Origin: Candidatus Nanohaloarchaea archaeon
GTDB taxonomy: Archaea; Nanohalarchaeota; Nanosalinia; Nanosalinales; Nanosalinaceae
Direction of reading: 5' to 3'
Assembly: GCA_014297435.1 (NCBI GenBank)
Contig: JACOQA010000001.1
Span: 32,001-96,000, forward strand
Length of the DNA: 64,000 bases
In this document: one piece after another, positions 10,002-19,582 of the stretch
How positions within the stretch are numbered: the first letter of the stretch is position 1
Layout: the number at the start of each line of letters is the position of its first letter
Notes under the pieces: generated by a model
Databases searched by the model: none
Told to the model about the DNA's origin: nothing
The model's input: only the letters and a program-made list of their open reading frames with translations
Made by a program: the position numbers and the translations under genes

Positions 10002-10356
10002 GGCAGCTAAATCAAGATTTTCTAAGCTTTCAGCAAGTTTGGTCCTGGTTTTTCTAGGCTTTGCAATATCATTTGTTTTAGAGGGTTACATGACCCTGCT
10101 TCCTGGATTTTTAATGAGCGTTCCGGCTATTCTGCTTGTATCAAGTTCGAGAACTGATAGTGTGAAAAGCGCGGTCGCCGGATTTCTCTTCGGATCATGG
10201 TTCATGCTGGTCCTTGTGAGGGTCACTGCGCCCGTTCTCGTGGCTTTATTCATCTGCTTTTTCTACTTCATGTTCCGAGCCGATCAGATGATTCTACTTG
10301 AACTCTATGAGACAGGGAACGTAGGTCTAAAATCCGAGGAAAACCGGGAGAAATAA
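9988..10356 (+). CDS. Small multi-pass membrane protein
   Basis: About four hydrophobic segments; overlaps the phr stop. Confidence 0.6.
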   Translation: MKMIKAAKSRFSKLSASLVLVFLGFAISFVLEGYMTLLPGFLMSVPAILLVSSSRTDSVKSAVAGFLFGSWFMLVLVRVTAPVLVALFICFFYFMFRADQMILLELYETGNVGLKSEENREK

Positions 10357-10414
10357 CTGGAAGCCGAAAAATTTACTTAAACATTCATCTCTAACCCATG
10401 TTTAGTGATACACT

Positions 10415-12565
10415 ATCAGTCGCGGCAAGCTTAAAGCCGGAGCACTCGCAATCTTTGCAACCCTTTTTATAGTACATGCAGCCGCAGTGGAATGGAACGA
10501 CCCTTCCTCAGACGGAGACTTTGACTCGGATGTCTTTCTATCTGTAGATCCCTCGTCCGACAGCAACGTCCATAATGTCACGCTGTACGTGCAAGGTCCG
10601 GATCAGGATTCCTTCGCCTATACTGATGAAATGACGCAAGGTGATGGAACAAATAATTACACTACGACACTAGGAAAAGATCAGCTCTCGGGCACGCATG
10701 GAGATTATGATGTGAAAGCTGCTGTATACAACGCATCCGATGAAACAGCTCCCGAAACGGAAACAGATACTCTTACACTAACTCTAGATGGAAAATCTCC
10801 GTCCATTAATATAGAGGGGGGCGACTATGTCGCAGACGATCCTACTATCTCTATTGAGCTAAGTGATGAGCATACCGGTGTAGACAGTTTCTCAGTCGAT
10901 GCTACTGATGATGCTTCAATCGAGGATAACGGAGACTTTGATTCCTGCGACGCGGATGAAACATGTACGGTTGAGGTTCAGGTCGATACTTCGGATCTGG
11001 ACTCCGGCGACTCTTTCGATCTTGATGCCGATGCTACTGATGATGTAGGAAACCAAGGTTCGAGCTCGAAGACCTTTGACTTCGACACAGAATATAATGG
11101 AGATACTTCACCGTCCTTCGATCCGGAAGAAGGAAATATTCTACTTACAGATGACGATGAGGAGACCTTGGAGATAACGCTTGACGGTCAGGGAGACGAC
11201 GCAGAAGAGTCTGATATAACCGTCACCTGTTACGATGGTAGTGACGATGAATTTGATTCGGAAACACAAGATGTTGACGAAGAAGATTCGACCACTTTCG
11301 ACTGTGATGTTGAAGGCGATGAGTACGCTGGATCAACTGAAGATATTTACGTCGAAATGTGCGACGAAGCAGATAACTGTGAGGAGTCGGAAACAAGAAC
11401 TTACAACTTTGATGCAAACCCTCCAGTTTTAACAGATGTCGAAGCAGCATCAGAGGTCAACTCTTTCAACTCAGACTTCGATGTCAACTTTGAAGTTGCG
11501 GATGATGCATCCGGAGTCGAAAGTCTTGAATACTACTTCGATAGCTCGACAGATGAAGGAGACGGAACTTCGATCGATTACTCTGATGATTCATCAAGTT
11601 TCGAAGTTGACACATCCGGACTTTCGGAAGGAGATCATACTCTATACCTGAGAGCTAAAGATAATGCTGAAAGATGGAGTGAGCCAGAAACAATAGACTT
11701 CAACTTTTATCCTAACGCCGACCCCAAAGTCAGTCTAAGCTCCGATTCAAGTATAGAAGTTGCTGCAGGAAGCTCTAAAACCCTAATAGCGACACTAGAG
11801 AACACGGGTAAGTTCTACATAGGTTCTCTAGATTTCTCAGCTTCCTCGCCAGTTTTCAGTGATTCACAGACTATTTCAGACTTTGGTAAAGGCGACACAG
11901 CTAATTTGGAACTTGAAATAAATCCAGCTGAACAGGATATCGGAAGCTATGATCTCCAGCTTTCGACCTCAAATCCTTCCAGCTCTAAAACAGTAAATCT
12001 GAGAGTAAAGGCTAGCGAGGATCAGAGATCCAGTATTGAATCTGAGTTCCAGAGCCAGCTTTCAAAGTATGAGAGGCTTAAATCCAACATAACAAGCTTA
12101 AGAACAAAGGTAGGACAGCAGAAGACCCAAAACCTGAACGCCAACTTCTCAGCTCTAAACGAATCAATTAACAACGCACAAACCGCGATGGATAACGGAG
12201 AGTACTACAAGGTGGAGTCCGAGCTTTCAAGTTTGAATGATGAGTACTCGAAAGCATCCCAAACATATCAAACCGTAAAGGAACACTACGATAGTTCTCG
12301 CACAGCCATGATGTTCATAGCGCTCTTCGGAATTGTAGTTATCGGAGGTCTAGGTGCAGGAGCGTTCCTTATCTACTCTGATGATTTCGATGTTGGAATC
12401 GAACCTGAAGATCTTAAGCAAATCGGTTCGGACGTGGACATGGACTCGGTAGATGAAGTGAAGCAGAAAGTCGAGTCGAAAGTAGAAGACTTGACCGATT
12501 CGAATGGTTCAGGAGCCAAATCGGAGGAAGGGGAGTTCGAATGGGATGGGTTTAAAGATGCTTAA
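10415..12565 (+). CDS. Acidic cell-surface protein (Ig-like repeats, coiled coil, C-terminal TM anchor), probable ATC start
   Basis: The frame extends 24 codons upstream of the track start and gives a signal peptide xSRGKLKAGALAIFATLFIVHAAA. Beta-rich D/T/S repeats (ATDDVGN, AKDNAERWS) and TM helix MMFIALFGIVVIGGLGAGAFLIY. Confidence 0.8.
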   Translation: MSRGKLKAGALAIFATLFIVHAAAVEWNDPSSDGDFDSDVFLSVDPSSDSNVHNVTLYVQGPDQDSFAYTDEMTQGDGTNNYTTTLGKDQLSGTHGDYDVKAAVYNASDETAPETETDTLTLTLDGKSPSINIEGGDYVADDPTISIELSDEHTGVDSFSVDATDDASIEDNGDFDSCDADETCTVEVQVDTSDLDSGDSFDLDADATDDVGNQGSSSKTFDFDTEYNGDTSPSFDPEEGNILLTDDDEETLEITLDGQGDDAEESDITVTCYDGSDDEFDSETQDVDEEDSTTFDCDVEGDEYAGSTEDIYVEMCDEADNCEESETRTYNFDANPPVLTDVEAASEVNSFNSDFDVNFEVADDASGVESLEYYFDSSTDEGDGTSIDYSDDSSSFEVDTSGLSEGDHTLYLRAKDNAERWSEPETIDFNFYPNADPKVSLSSDSSIEVAAGSSKTLIATLENTGKFYIGSLDFSASSPVFSDSQTISDFGKGDTANLELEINPAEQDIGSYDLQLSTSNPSSSKTVNLRVKASEDQRSSIESEFQSQLSKYERLKSNITSLRTKVGQQKTQNLNANFSALNESINNAQTAMDNGEYYKVESELSSLNDEYSKASQTYQTVKEHYDSSRTAMMFIALFGIVVIGGLGAGAFLIYSDDFDVGIEPEDLKQIGSDVDMDSVDEVKQKVESKVEDLTDSNGSGAKSEEGEFEWDGFKDA

Positions 12566-12906
12566 AGAGCTCTTTCCGCGTCCTTAAACCTTTCCTTAAA
12601 TAATCCTTTGTCTCTTGATGTCTTAATAATCTCTCTTATCTCGGATCCAAATTTTTTGTTTTTTGCTGCATTCGATACCGCATCATCCAATATTAAGTTG
12701 ATTTGTGGATCTGATTTCAGTTTTTTCACAATTTCGGAGTCGGATCGTTTGCCTTTCAAGTACTGTGAAACCGCGGGCTGTGTCACGTCAAGCTTGGCGG
12801 CCACTTCTTCCTGTGTGTATCCATAGTCTTTCTGGAGTCTGTCGGCTATGATCTTCCGTATTGCGGGAAGAATATCCTCTGACACGATTTCCGACTCGAA
12901 CCTCAT
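12562..12906 (-). CDS. HTH (XRE-like) transcriptional regulator
   Basis: ILPAIRKIIADRL...YTQEEVAAKLDVTQPAVSQYLKGKR; start taken at ATG 12906. Confidence 0.85.
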   Translation of the reverse strand: MRFESEIVSEDILPAIRKIIADRLQKDYGYTQEEVAAKLDVTQPAVSQYLKGKRSDSEIVKKLKSDPQINLILDDAVSNAAKNKKFGSEIREIIKTSRDKGLFKERFKDAERAL

Positions 12907-12999
12907 AGAAAATATAACGGCGTGATAATCTATTAATACTTCTTCCAAAAGAAACATCTCGACAAAATGAGAGATAGAAAAGAGAAGAAGGAAGGGTTG

Positions 13000-13341
13000 T
13001 TATTCGTCAGCCTGGTTGACTTCGCGGGACAGATGTTCAATATCTGAAGCCAGTGCATCAAGCTTTCTGGAGACTCTTTCCTTTTCCTTCATAATGTTCT
13101 CGACCTTCTCGTACTTTCTTGCAGCTCTATCAAGATCGTATTTCTCTACATAAGCTGCGTTCGTATCCATCATTTTTTCAATGATCTCGTCAGCGATCTC
13201 TCCTAGAAGCAGGTTTAGTCCGTAGTATACCTCGCTTCTTACATACTGACCGTCTTCAGCCTTTTCTCTTACCATCCTCTTTATCCTTGCGTGAGTGAAC
13301 GGGAGGTCCGAAACTTCAACATCTTCAGGTACGTTTACCAT
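13000..13341 (-). CDS. Histone-fold protein with C-terminal coiled coil
   Basis: LPFTHARIKRMVRE (helix 1), a long helix 2, VEKYDLDRA (L2/helix 3), then a heptad-like tail. Confidence 0.7.
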   Translation of the reverse strand: MVNVPEDVEVSDLPFTHARIKRMVREKAEDGQYVRSEVYYGLNLLLGEIADEIIEKMMDTNAAYVEKYDLDRAARKYEKVENIMKEKERVSRKLDALASDIEHLSREVNQADE

Positions 13342-13422
13342 GTTATCACACCCAAAAATTCGCCCTAGAGGCTTTTAAGGGTTTCCGAAACCCGTTTATT
13401 TCAGGCTTCCGCATAAGTCTCT

Positions 13423-14019
13423 ATGGAGTTTGAATGTACTGAAAAAGAGTTCAGAGTGTTCGAGAGCCTTGTAGAGGAGGGGTTTAAAGGATCCTTTCCT
13501 TACTTCCTTGAACTGGTTTTACTGGGTCTGAAGCCTGCAACAGTTCCTACAGCTTATGAAGAGATTGAGTTTACTGAAAACCAAATCCTGGAGATGGGTC
13601 TAGAAATCCGAGTTGTTGAACTTGACTTTGTAGATACCGAAGATTTGCCTGATTATGCCAAGAAGCCGGGAAAAATGTTCTTCGTTGGACGTAAAGAGGA
13701 TTTGAAGGATCTCAAAAACTCGTACGAGGAGAGGAAAGAGTATCGAAAAGACTTTGGAATAGTTATGGGCTATCCTCGAGAGGATGTTGAATGGTTCGTC
13801 AGACGGGAAGAAGTAGCTTATGAGAAGGCTAGATCCGAAATCAAAAACCTGGAAGAGTTACTTGCATTCGTAGGTTACGTACCTAAACCAGAGAAAGAGA
13901 GGATAGAGAACGCGAGAAACGCGATGGAGGAATACAAGAAGGCGATCAGGGAAGCTGATAGAAGGTTTGGCTCAACTGTTGGCGGAGAACTACTAGGCTG
14001 TCTGAGAGAGAACCAATAA
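13423..14019 (+). CDS. Hypothetical protein
   Basis: 198-aa acidic ORF containing LGLKP and FGIVMGYP motifs. Confidence 0.7.
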   Translation: MEFECTEKEFRVFESLVEEGFKGSFPYFLELVLLGLKPATVPTAYEEIEFTENQILEMGLEIRVVELDFVDTEDLPDYAKKPGKMFFVGRKEDLKDLKNSYEERKEYRKDFGIVMGYPREDVEWFVRREEVAYEKARSEIKNLEELLAFVGYVPKPEKERIENARNAMEEYKKAIREADRRFGSTVGGELLGCLRENQ

Positions 14020-14050
14020 CTATAAACCTCGGAACACCACAACAACCGAT

Positions 14051-14269
14051 ATGGTAGAACTTGCAACCATCGACTTAACCTTAAGCATTCTCCTGAAGAC
14101 TATAACGATAGCCTTGCTTGTGATGTTCCTAGTACTTCTCAAGAACCTAGATGAGGCTGTTCAAGGACTTGAACGTTCTATAGAGTCGATGGAGCGCTCG
14201 GCAGAAACGGTTGAAGACATAATCGCTATCGCACGACACATCCCGTTCGTAGGTGGTAAACGTGACTAA
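14051..14269 (+). CDS. Small membrane protein (TM helix plus coiled coil)
   Basis: Hydrophobic N-terminus followed by a heptad-like region. Confidence 0.65.
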   Translation: MVELATIDLTLSILLKTITIALLVMFLVLLKNLDEAVQGLERSIESMERSAETVEDIIAIARHIPFVGGKRD

Positions 14270-14501
14270 CGACTTCCTAGAAGCAGCAAAGAACTCGAGC
14301 GACGAATCCTCTGAAGAAAGGTATGAGAAGGCGAAGAAGAAAGAGGCTGGAACTGACAGGAACATGGCTGAGAAACGTTACGAAGAGCTGAAGGAAGAAG
14401 CCAAAGAAGAGATGATGGAGCAGGAACACAATCAGGAGAAAGAAGAGGTAGAGGAAAAAGACAAAGAGGACGAAGAGGACGAAAGCTTCGTCACTTACTA
14501 A
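14262..14501 (+). CDS. Small highly charged hypothetical protein
   Basis: GTG start after AGGTGG SD; E/K-rich; overlaps the upstream gene. Confidence 0.6.
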   Translation: MTNDFLEAAKNSSDESSEERYEKAKKKEAGTDRNMAEKRYEELKEEAKEEMMEQEHNQEKEEVEEKDKEDEEDESFVTY

Positions 14502-14533
14502 GCTTTTAATTCGGAGTTACGAACCTATTTTTT

Positions 14534-15706
14534 ATGGAGCTGGACAGGGTACCTGAAGTAGCAAAATATCTATCCTTAGTTTTCCTGTTCGGCTGGATAG
14601 GAAGAAGCACGGTCTGGAACTTTCTACCGGTATTCTTCAAAACACATATCGAAAGCGTTTTTCTTATAGGCATAATAACTTCTATACCGCCGATAATAAC
14701 AGTTTTATTCGATATACCTGCAGGCAACTTGGTTCAGAGAGCAGGCGAGAAAATAGTAGTTTTAATGGGTTTGATAGCAGCAATATTCCCAGCATTTCTT
14801 TACATAACAGCTGCTCCAGTACTACTTCTGCTTGGAAAAGTGTTTGAAGGCTTTACGAAAGTCCTAGTTTGGAACGGTAGCTGGAGCCTAACACTAAAGC
14901 AATCAGATGACGACGTTGAGTCAGAAACTGTCTCAGTCGTTTTACTTGGCGCAAACCTTGGAGCGGTACTCGGACCTATCTTAGGAGGATACCTAATCGC
15001 CTCCGAAGGATTTAGTATAACATTCTACATATGGGCTTTCACCTCAGCTGTTGCGGTACTTGTTTTCTACAGCTACATAGGCGCATCAGCCAAAAAACTC
15101 AGGAGCTCGGTCGAAAAACTGGGGCACAGAAAAACTTACTTCGATGACTGGCATCACTTGAGAAACAACTGGAAAGAGTTGAGGTTTGCATTCGGACTTA
15201 CATTCCTCTACTCGATTATTTTCTCGTTTTACTGGCTGGCTGTACCTCTCTTACTAGACAAGATGGGGGCAGGATTCGAACAGATGGGCATAATCTTCGG
15301 TGTGGCGGCTTTACCTAAAGTATTCCAGTTCGTCTTTGGAGGTATCGCCGACCGTTACGGAAAGCTGGAAACTATTTCAGTACTTTCACTCGTGCTTTCA
15401 CTGACATTGGTTGGTGTTTTCTATGTCCAGAGTTTGATAGCGATTGGCGTTCTCTTCTTTGTAGCAAGAACGTTTTCTTCAGGGATGTCGCCACCGGTAC
15501 ACGCATTTTATGATTCGAAAGTACCTGACGATATAGAAGGAGAGATGACAGGTTTCTTCGAGATGTTCAAACACCTTGGACAGATGCTTGGTCCATTTCT
15601 GGCTGGAACAATCGCATCAATATGGAGCGTCAACGCATCCTTCCTAGCAGCCGCAGTTGTTTCTCTTCTCATAGGAGGTCTTTCACTGGTAGCCAGGAGA
15701 TATTAG
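14534..15706 (+). CDS. MFS transporter
   Basis: About 12 TM helices; motif A-like GNLVQRAGEK and GGIADRYGK; LGPILGG. Confidence 0.9.
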   Translation: MELDRVPEVAKYLSLVFLFGWIGRSTVWNFLPVFFKTHIESVFLIGIITSIPPIITVLFDIPAGNLVQRAGEKIVVLMGLIAAIFPAFLYITAAPVLLLLGKVFEGFTKVLVWNGSWSLTLKQSDDDVESETVSVVLLGANLGAVLGPILGGYLIASEGFSITFYIWAFTSAVAVLVFYSYIGASAKKLRSSVEKLGHRKTYFDDWHHLRNNWKELRFAFGLTFLYSIIFSFYWLAVPLLLDKMGAGFEQMGIIFGVAALPKVFQFVFGGIADRYGKLETISVLSLVLSLTLVGVFYVQSLIAIGVLFFVARTFSSGMSPPVHAFYDSKVPDDIEGEMTGFFEMFKHLGQMLGPFLAGTIASIWSVNASFLAAAVVSLLIGGLSLVARRY

Positions 15707-16434
15707 ATCTTACCTATCTCTGGGAATTTGAATATTCCGGCTTCTCTCGACACCGCAACGGCTTTCAACTTATTTTTGTTTACATGATCTCTCATGATAG
15801 GGGAAAGAAGCTGCGATTGCGGTGTTTCATTCACATTTGTTCCGTTGGAGATGCTGGAAAAAGCAGGTAGAACTAGAATCCGTTTATCTTCCATATCGCC
15901 GTAAAGAAAACAGGCTACTTTTTCTCTAATACCTATCTCGTCTTCCAGAGCAAGCGCAGGGTGTTCGTGGCCGATAACCACCGTCTCGAAGCTTTCAGCT
16001 TCCAGTTCTTCGAGTTCCAGATGACCATGTGTAAAGAGAATGTCGTCTTCTAGATGGTATTCCTGGAGCTCAAGACCGTAGTCCTCTACTGTTTCTTCAA
16101 GGAAAGTGTCGTGGTTTCCTTCGATAAGTATTATCTCCTCGAACTCTCTGTCAAGAAAACCGAGAAAGTTCTCTATCTCATCTGTCTCCGAGTAACGTGT
16201 CTTGAACTCGTTTTTCAGGTCGCCGTTAACGATTATTCTCGATGCGTCTGTCTCTTCCTTCATCTTCTCTATATCCTTTAACAGTTTCTCAAGCTGATGC
16301 TTCGGCACGTAGTTGCCGTCAAAGGTCATCGATCCCTCAAGACCTAAGTGGAGATCTGATATCACTATAAGTTCCAGTTCGGGATGGTAAAGCCCGGGTA
16401 TGCTGTCAACTGTTTGGAACCCTTCGATCTCCAT
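15703..16434 (-). CDS. Metallophosphoesterase (Lhr-associated/SbcD-related)
   Basis: SDLHLG, NGDLK, GNHD, THGH, GHEHP, VLPAFS. Confidence 0.92.
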   Translation of the reverse strand: MEIEGFQTVDSIPGLYHPELELIVISDLHLGLEGSMTFDGNYVPKHQLEKLLKDIEKMKEETDASRIIVNGDLKNEFKTRYSETDEIENFLGFLDREFEEIILIEGNHDTFLEETVEDYGLELQEYHLEDDILFTHGHLELEELEAESFETVVIGHEHPALALEDEIGIREKVACFLYGDMEDKRILVLPAFSSISNGTNVNETPQSQLLSPIMRDHVNKNKLKAVAVSREAGIFKFPEIGKI

Positions 16435-16461
16435 AAAATCGTTTTTCTGTAAGTCACCTTT

Positions 16462-17319
16462 TTACCGGTTGACTGCACTCCAGAGATCGAGAAATGATTC
16501 GAAGAAATCGTCCTGTGTTGACTTCAGAAGATAGCTGGCGCCGTATTTGTCAGAAAGCTCTTCGATATTGTCAGTATGTTCGTTCAACTGTCTCTTGTAT
16601 TTTTTCTTCGTTCTCTTGGATAGAAAAGTTCTTAGTTTTGAGGATGATTCAGGATCCTTGAGTATCTTGTCGCCCTTCATCTCTGGATCCATTTCTTCCT
16701 CGTCAAGAACGTTTACAAGTATAGTTTCCGAGCCCTTCAAGCGTTCGAGAGCGGATTCAATCTCGTCCAAGTCGGTTAAGAAATCTGATATTATGATCAC
16801 GACTGATTTGTTTTCAATTCTGTTGCTGTACTCTGTTACGCAACGCTCTACCCTTGATTCCGGAGTCTTCCTCAGCTCGTTTAACGTTTCGACAAGATCT
16901 CCTAGGTTGGCGTTCCTTCTTGCGCTTGAGATGTCTGTAACTGTCTCTGAAAATACGGAGAAGCGGAAGCGATCGTTCGTGTTTGAAACCATGTAAGCCA
17001 TAGCCAGTCCAAGCTTAGAGGCAAAGTCATACTTGTTCACCTCTCCATAATCCATGGAGCTTGAACGATCGACAAGTATGTGGACTGTTACGCTTTTCTC
17101 TTCCTCGAAACGTTTAATGAAGAGCTCGTCTGTTCGTGCGTATGCTTTCCAGTCAACTTTTCTGATGTCATCCCCGGCAACGTATTTCTTGTGATCTTCG
17201 AAGATCATTCCATGCCCTGTGCTGGATGAGGACTGTTCTCCTTCCTGTATCTCTGTCGAGTTCTTCTTTAAGGCTAGGTTGAACCTGTCGAGCTCCTCTA
17301 TAAAGTCTGCCTCTATCAT
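16462..17319 (-). CDS. DUF58 (VWA-like) protein
   Basis: FEDHKKYVAGDDIRKVDWKAYART and VDRSSSM. Confidence 0.92.
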   Translation of the reverse strand: MIEADFIEELDRFNLALKKNSTEIQEGEQSSSSTGHGMIFEDHKKYVAGDDIRKVDWKAYARTDELFIKRFEEEKSVTVHILVDRSSSMDYGEVNKYDFASKLGLAMAYMVSNTNDRFRFSVFSETVTDISSARRNANLGDLVETLNELRKTPESRVERCVTEYSNRIENKSVVIIISDFLTDLDEIESALERLKGSETILVNVLDEEEMDPEMKGDKILKDPESSSKLRTFLSKRTKKKYKRQLNEHTDNIEELSDKYGASYLLKSTQDDFFESFLDLWSAVNR

Positions 17320-17324
17320 AAGGT

Positions 17325-18293
17325 TTAGACTTCCTCTATTATCTCCTCAATAACGTCGTCGGCGTTTTTGCCTTCTTTCTCCGCCTTGAAGTTCAAACCT
17401 ACTCTGTGCCTTAGAACCGGTTTAGCCATCGAGTTAATATCTTCAGCAGACACATAACTTCTTCCTTCGAGTAAGGCCTTCCCTTTGCCACCAAGCACAA
17501 GATTGATCGAAGCCCTTGGTGAGGCGCCGTAGTTAAGGTCTTCGTGCGCACGGGTTGCTGACACAAGCGCCACAGCTCTCTCACGGATATCATCGGCGAT
17601 CGGAACCTGCCTCACGAACTCCTGGAGTTTGATTAGCGAGGGTTGAGAAAGAACCTGTTCAAGCTTCGGATCGTAGTCAAGTTCGGATGAGAAACGCTTA
17701 ACGATCTTCTCCTCGTTCTGTTCTTCAGGATAGTCAAGAGAAAGCTTCATCATGAAACGATCCTTCTGTGCCTCTGGAAGAGGATAAGTTCCCTCCTGAT
17801 CGATAGGGTTCTGCGTGGCTATAAGGAAGAAAGGCTTCTCAAGTTCGTAGCTTTTGTTGCCGGATGTAACCTGTTTCTCTTGCATAGCCTCCAGTAGTGC
17901 GGACTGCGTCTTAGGCGTTGCACGGTTGATCTCGTCCGCAAGGATCATGTTGGCGAAAATCGGACCTTTCTGGAACACGAACTCCTTTTCACCTTTCTCG
18001 TTCTCGTTAATTATGTCGGTACCTGTGATATCGGAAGGCATTAGATCCGGTGTGTTCTGAATTCTTGAGAAGCTGAGCCCTAGAACTTCGGATAAGGTTG
18101 AAACCATTTTTGTCTTGCCAAGTCCTGGATTTGATTCTAGTAGGACGTTACCGTCACATATTATTGATATCAGTACGTTTTCGATTATTTCTTCCTGTCC
18201 GACCATTACTTTGCCGGTCTCGTTCATTACTTCTTGGAGCTTTTCGCTTGCCTTCTCATACTTGGTGGCTTCATCCTGCGACTTGAGCTTCAT
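17325..18293 (-). CDS. moxR: MoxR-family AAA+ ATPase
   Basis: PGLGKT, RIQNTPDLMPSDITG, ADEINRATPKTQSALLEAMQE, ATQNPIDQEGTYPLPEAQ. Confidence 0.96.
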   Translation of the reverse strand: MKLKSQDEATKYEKASEKLQEVMNETGKVMVGQEEIIENVLISIICDGNVLLESNPGLGKTKMVSTLSEVLGLSFSRIQNTPDLMPSDITGTDIINENEKGEKEFVFQKGPIFANMILADEINRATPKTQSALLEAMQEKQVTSGNKSYELEKPFFLIATQNPIDQEGTYPLPEAQKDRFMMKLSLDYPEEQNEEKIVKRFSSELDYDPKLEQVLSQPSLIKLQEFVRQVPIADDIRERAVALVSATRAHEDLNYGASPRASINLVLGGKGKALLEGRSYVSAEDINSMAKPVLRHRVGLNFKAEKEGKNADDVIEEIIEEV

Positions 18294-18332
18294 GATATAT
18301 CGTTTGAAACGGTATCGTTTAAATCGATTGAT

Positions 18333-19091
18333 TTAGTCGAGGGACTTTATCTCCAGGCTGTACTGCTTCGCCAACTCGAGATCTTCCGAAAGCTCCGGTC
18401 CGGTAGAGTCTAGCCTTGCAGGTCTGGAAACAGGATTAGCAGAAAGATCGGAACTCTCTGGGTTCCCTGTACCCTCTATAGAATAATTTACGAGCTTTCC
18501 TGAAAGCTTGATATCTCTACTTCCCTCAATATTCGATGCGTTCTGCACTTGGAACCTTTGTTCTCTTTCCTTTTCTTGGTTGAGAACGTCATCAATAGGT
18601 CCTAGATCGTTGATTAACTCCCCGCTGTCATCCAGTACTTGGAAGTTGGCGATCCCGGATATAACGGTTATGAAGCTGAGGGCGCCGACAGCCAGAATCT
18701 TCTGGATAATTCTCTTACTCGGGACAATACTTTCAGAGGTAACGGAACGAGACCTATCCATTAACTCGTCAAAAAGAGCTTGTGAAACAATATTTCGACT
18801 ATTAAGGTTATCTCTTGCAGTTCTGAGAATTTCTCTTAGCTCCGGGTTTTTCTGCTCGTATATCTCAAGAGTATAGTTTTTAGACCTATAGTAGAAGTCA
18901 GCTCCGAAGAAAGCAAGAGATGAAAGCGCTATAACTGCCTTGTTGTCCACGCTTCCTACAAGGCTGAAGTCGAGCAAGAAGAGAACTATGTTAGCTGATA
19001 GGAAGAATAAGATAGAGTCTAGACACGCCTGCATCAGGTTTACTTTCAGAAACTCTCTCTTCAACCGCTTGAGGAGTTTTTCAACTCGCAT
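18333..19091 (-). CDS. Membrane protein of the MoxR-VWA cluster
   Basis: Three TM segments, EQKNPELREILRTARD motif, operon context. Confidence 0.75.
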   Translation of the reverse strand: MRVEKLLKRLKREFLKVNLMQACLDSILFFLSANIVLFLLDFSLVGSVDNKAVIALSSLAFFGADFYYRSKNYTLEIYEQKNPELREILRTARDNLNSRNIVSQALFDELMDRSRSVTSESIVPSKRIIQKILAVGALSFITVISGIANFQVLDDSGELINDLGPIDDVLNQEKEREQRFQVQNASNIEGSRDIKLSGKLVNYSIEGTGNPESSDLSANPVSRPARLDSTGPELSEDLELAKQYSLEIKSLD

Positions 19092-19093
19092 TT

Positions 19094-19582
19094 TCAGTCC
19101 ACTTCATGACCCCAGTTCTCACATTCATCTTCTGAGGAGTCAGTAAGGTTTTCCTCGGGAGCGTCCTCACATACCTCACCCAGGCTTTCATTAATCGAAG
19201 AAGCTGTTATCTCCAGATCCGTCAGGTTTTCCTCCAGATTCGAGACCTCTGTCTCAAGATCGGACTTATCCGATTCCAGATCTGAAACCTCCGATTCAAG
19301 CTCGCCTACCCGTGAACGCAAGTTCTTAGTTTCAGATACGTATGTGTTTACATCCTCCCTTTTCTCGGAAAGCTCTTCTGTAAGATTCTGGTTCTCAGCT
19401 CTCAACTGGTTAACTTCACTTTTCTTTTCCTCTAATTGTTGATCAAGTCCCTGTTTCTCCGAGAGTATATCGCTTAACTGTCCCTGCCACAGAACTGATA
19501 GTCCTGCAAGCAAAGCAAGTATTAGTACTGTTGACGCAACTAGAAACGGGTTCAATCTTCTTTTTAGCATTGTGTCGCTCAT
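19094..19582 (-). CDS. Membrane-anchored coiled-coil protein
   Basis: N-terminal TM helix followed by heptads (VSDLESDKSDLETEVSNLEEN) and a C-terminal Cys pair. Confidence 0.75.
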   Translation of the reverse strand: MSDTMLKRRLNPFLVASTVLILALLAGLSVLWQGQLSDILSEKQGLDQQLEEKKSEVNQLRAENQNLTEELSEKREDVNTYVSETKNLRSRVGELESEVSDLESDKSDLETEVSNLEENLTDLEITASSINESLGEVCEDAPEENLTDSSEDECENWGHEVD

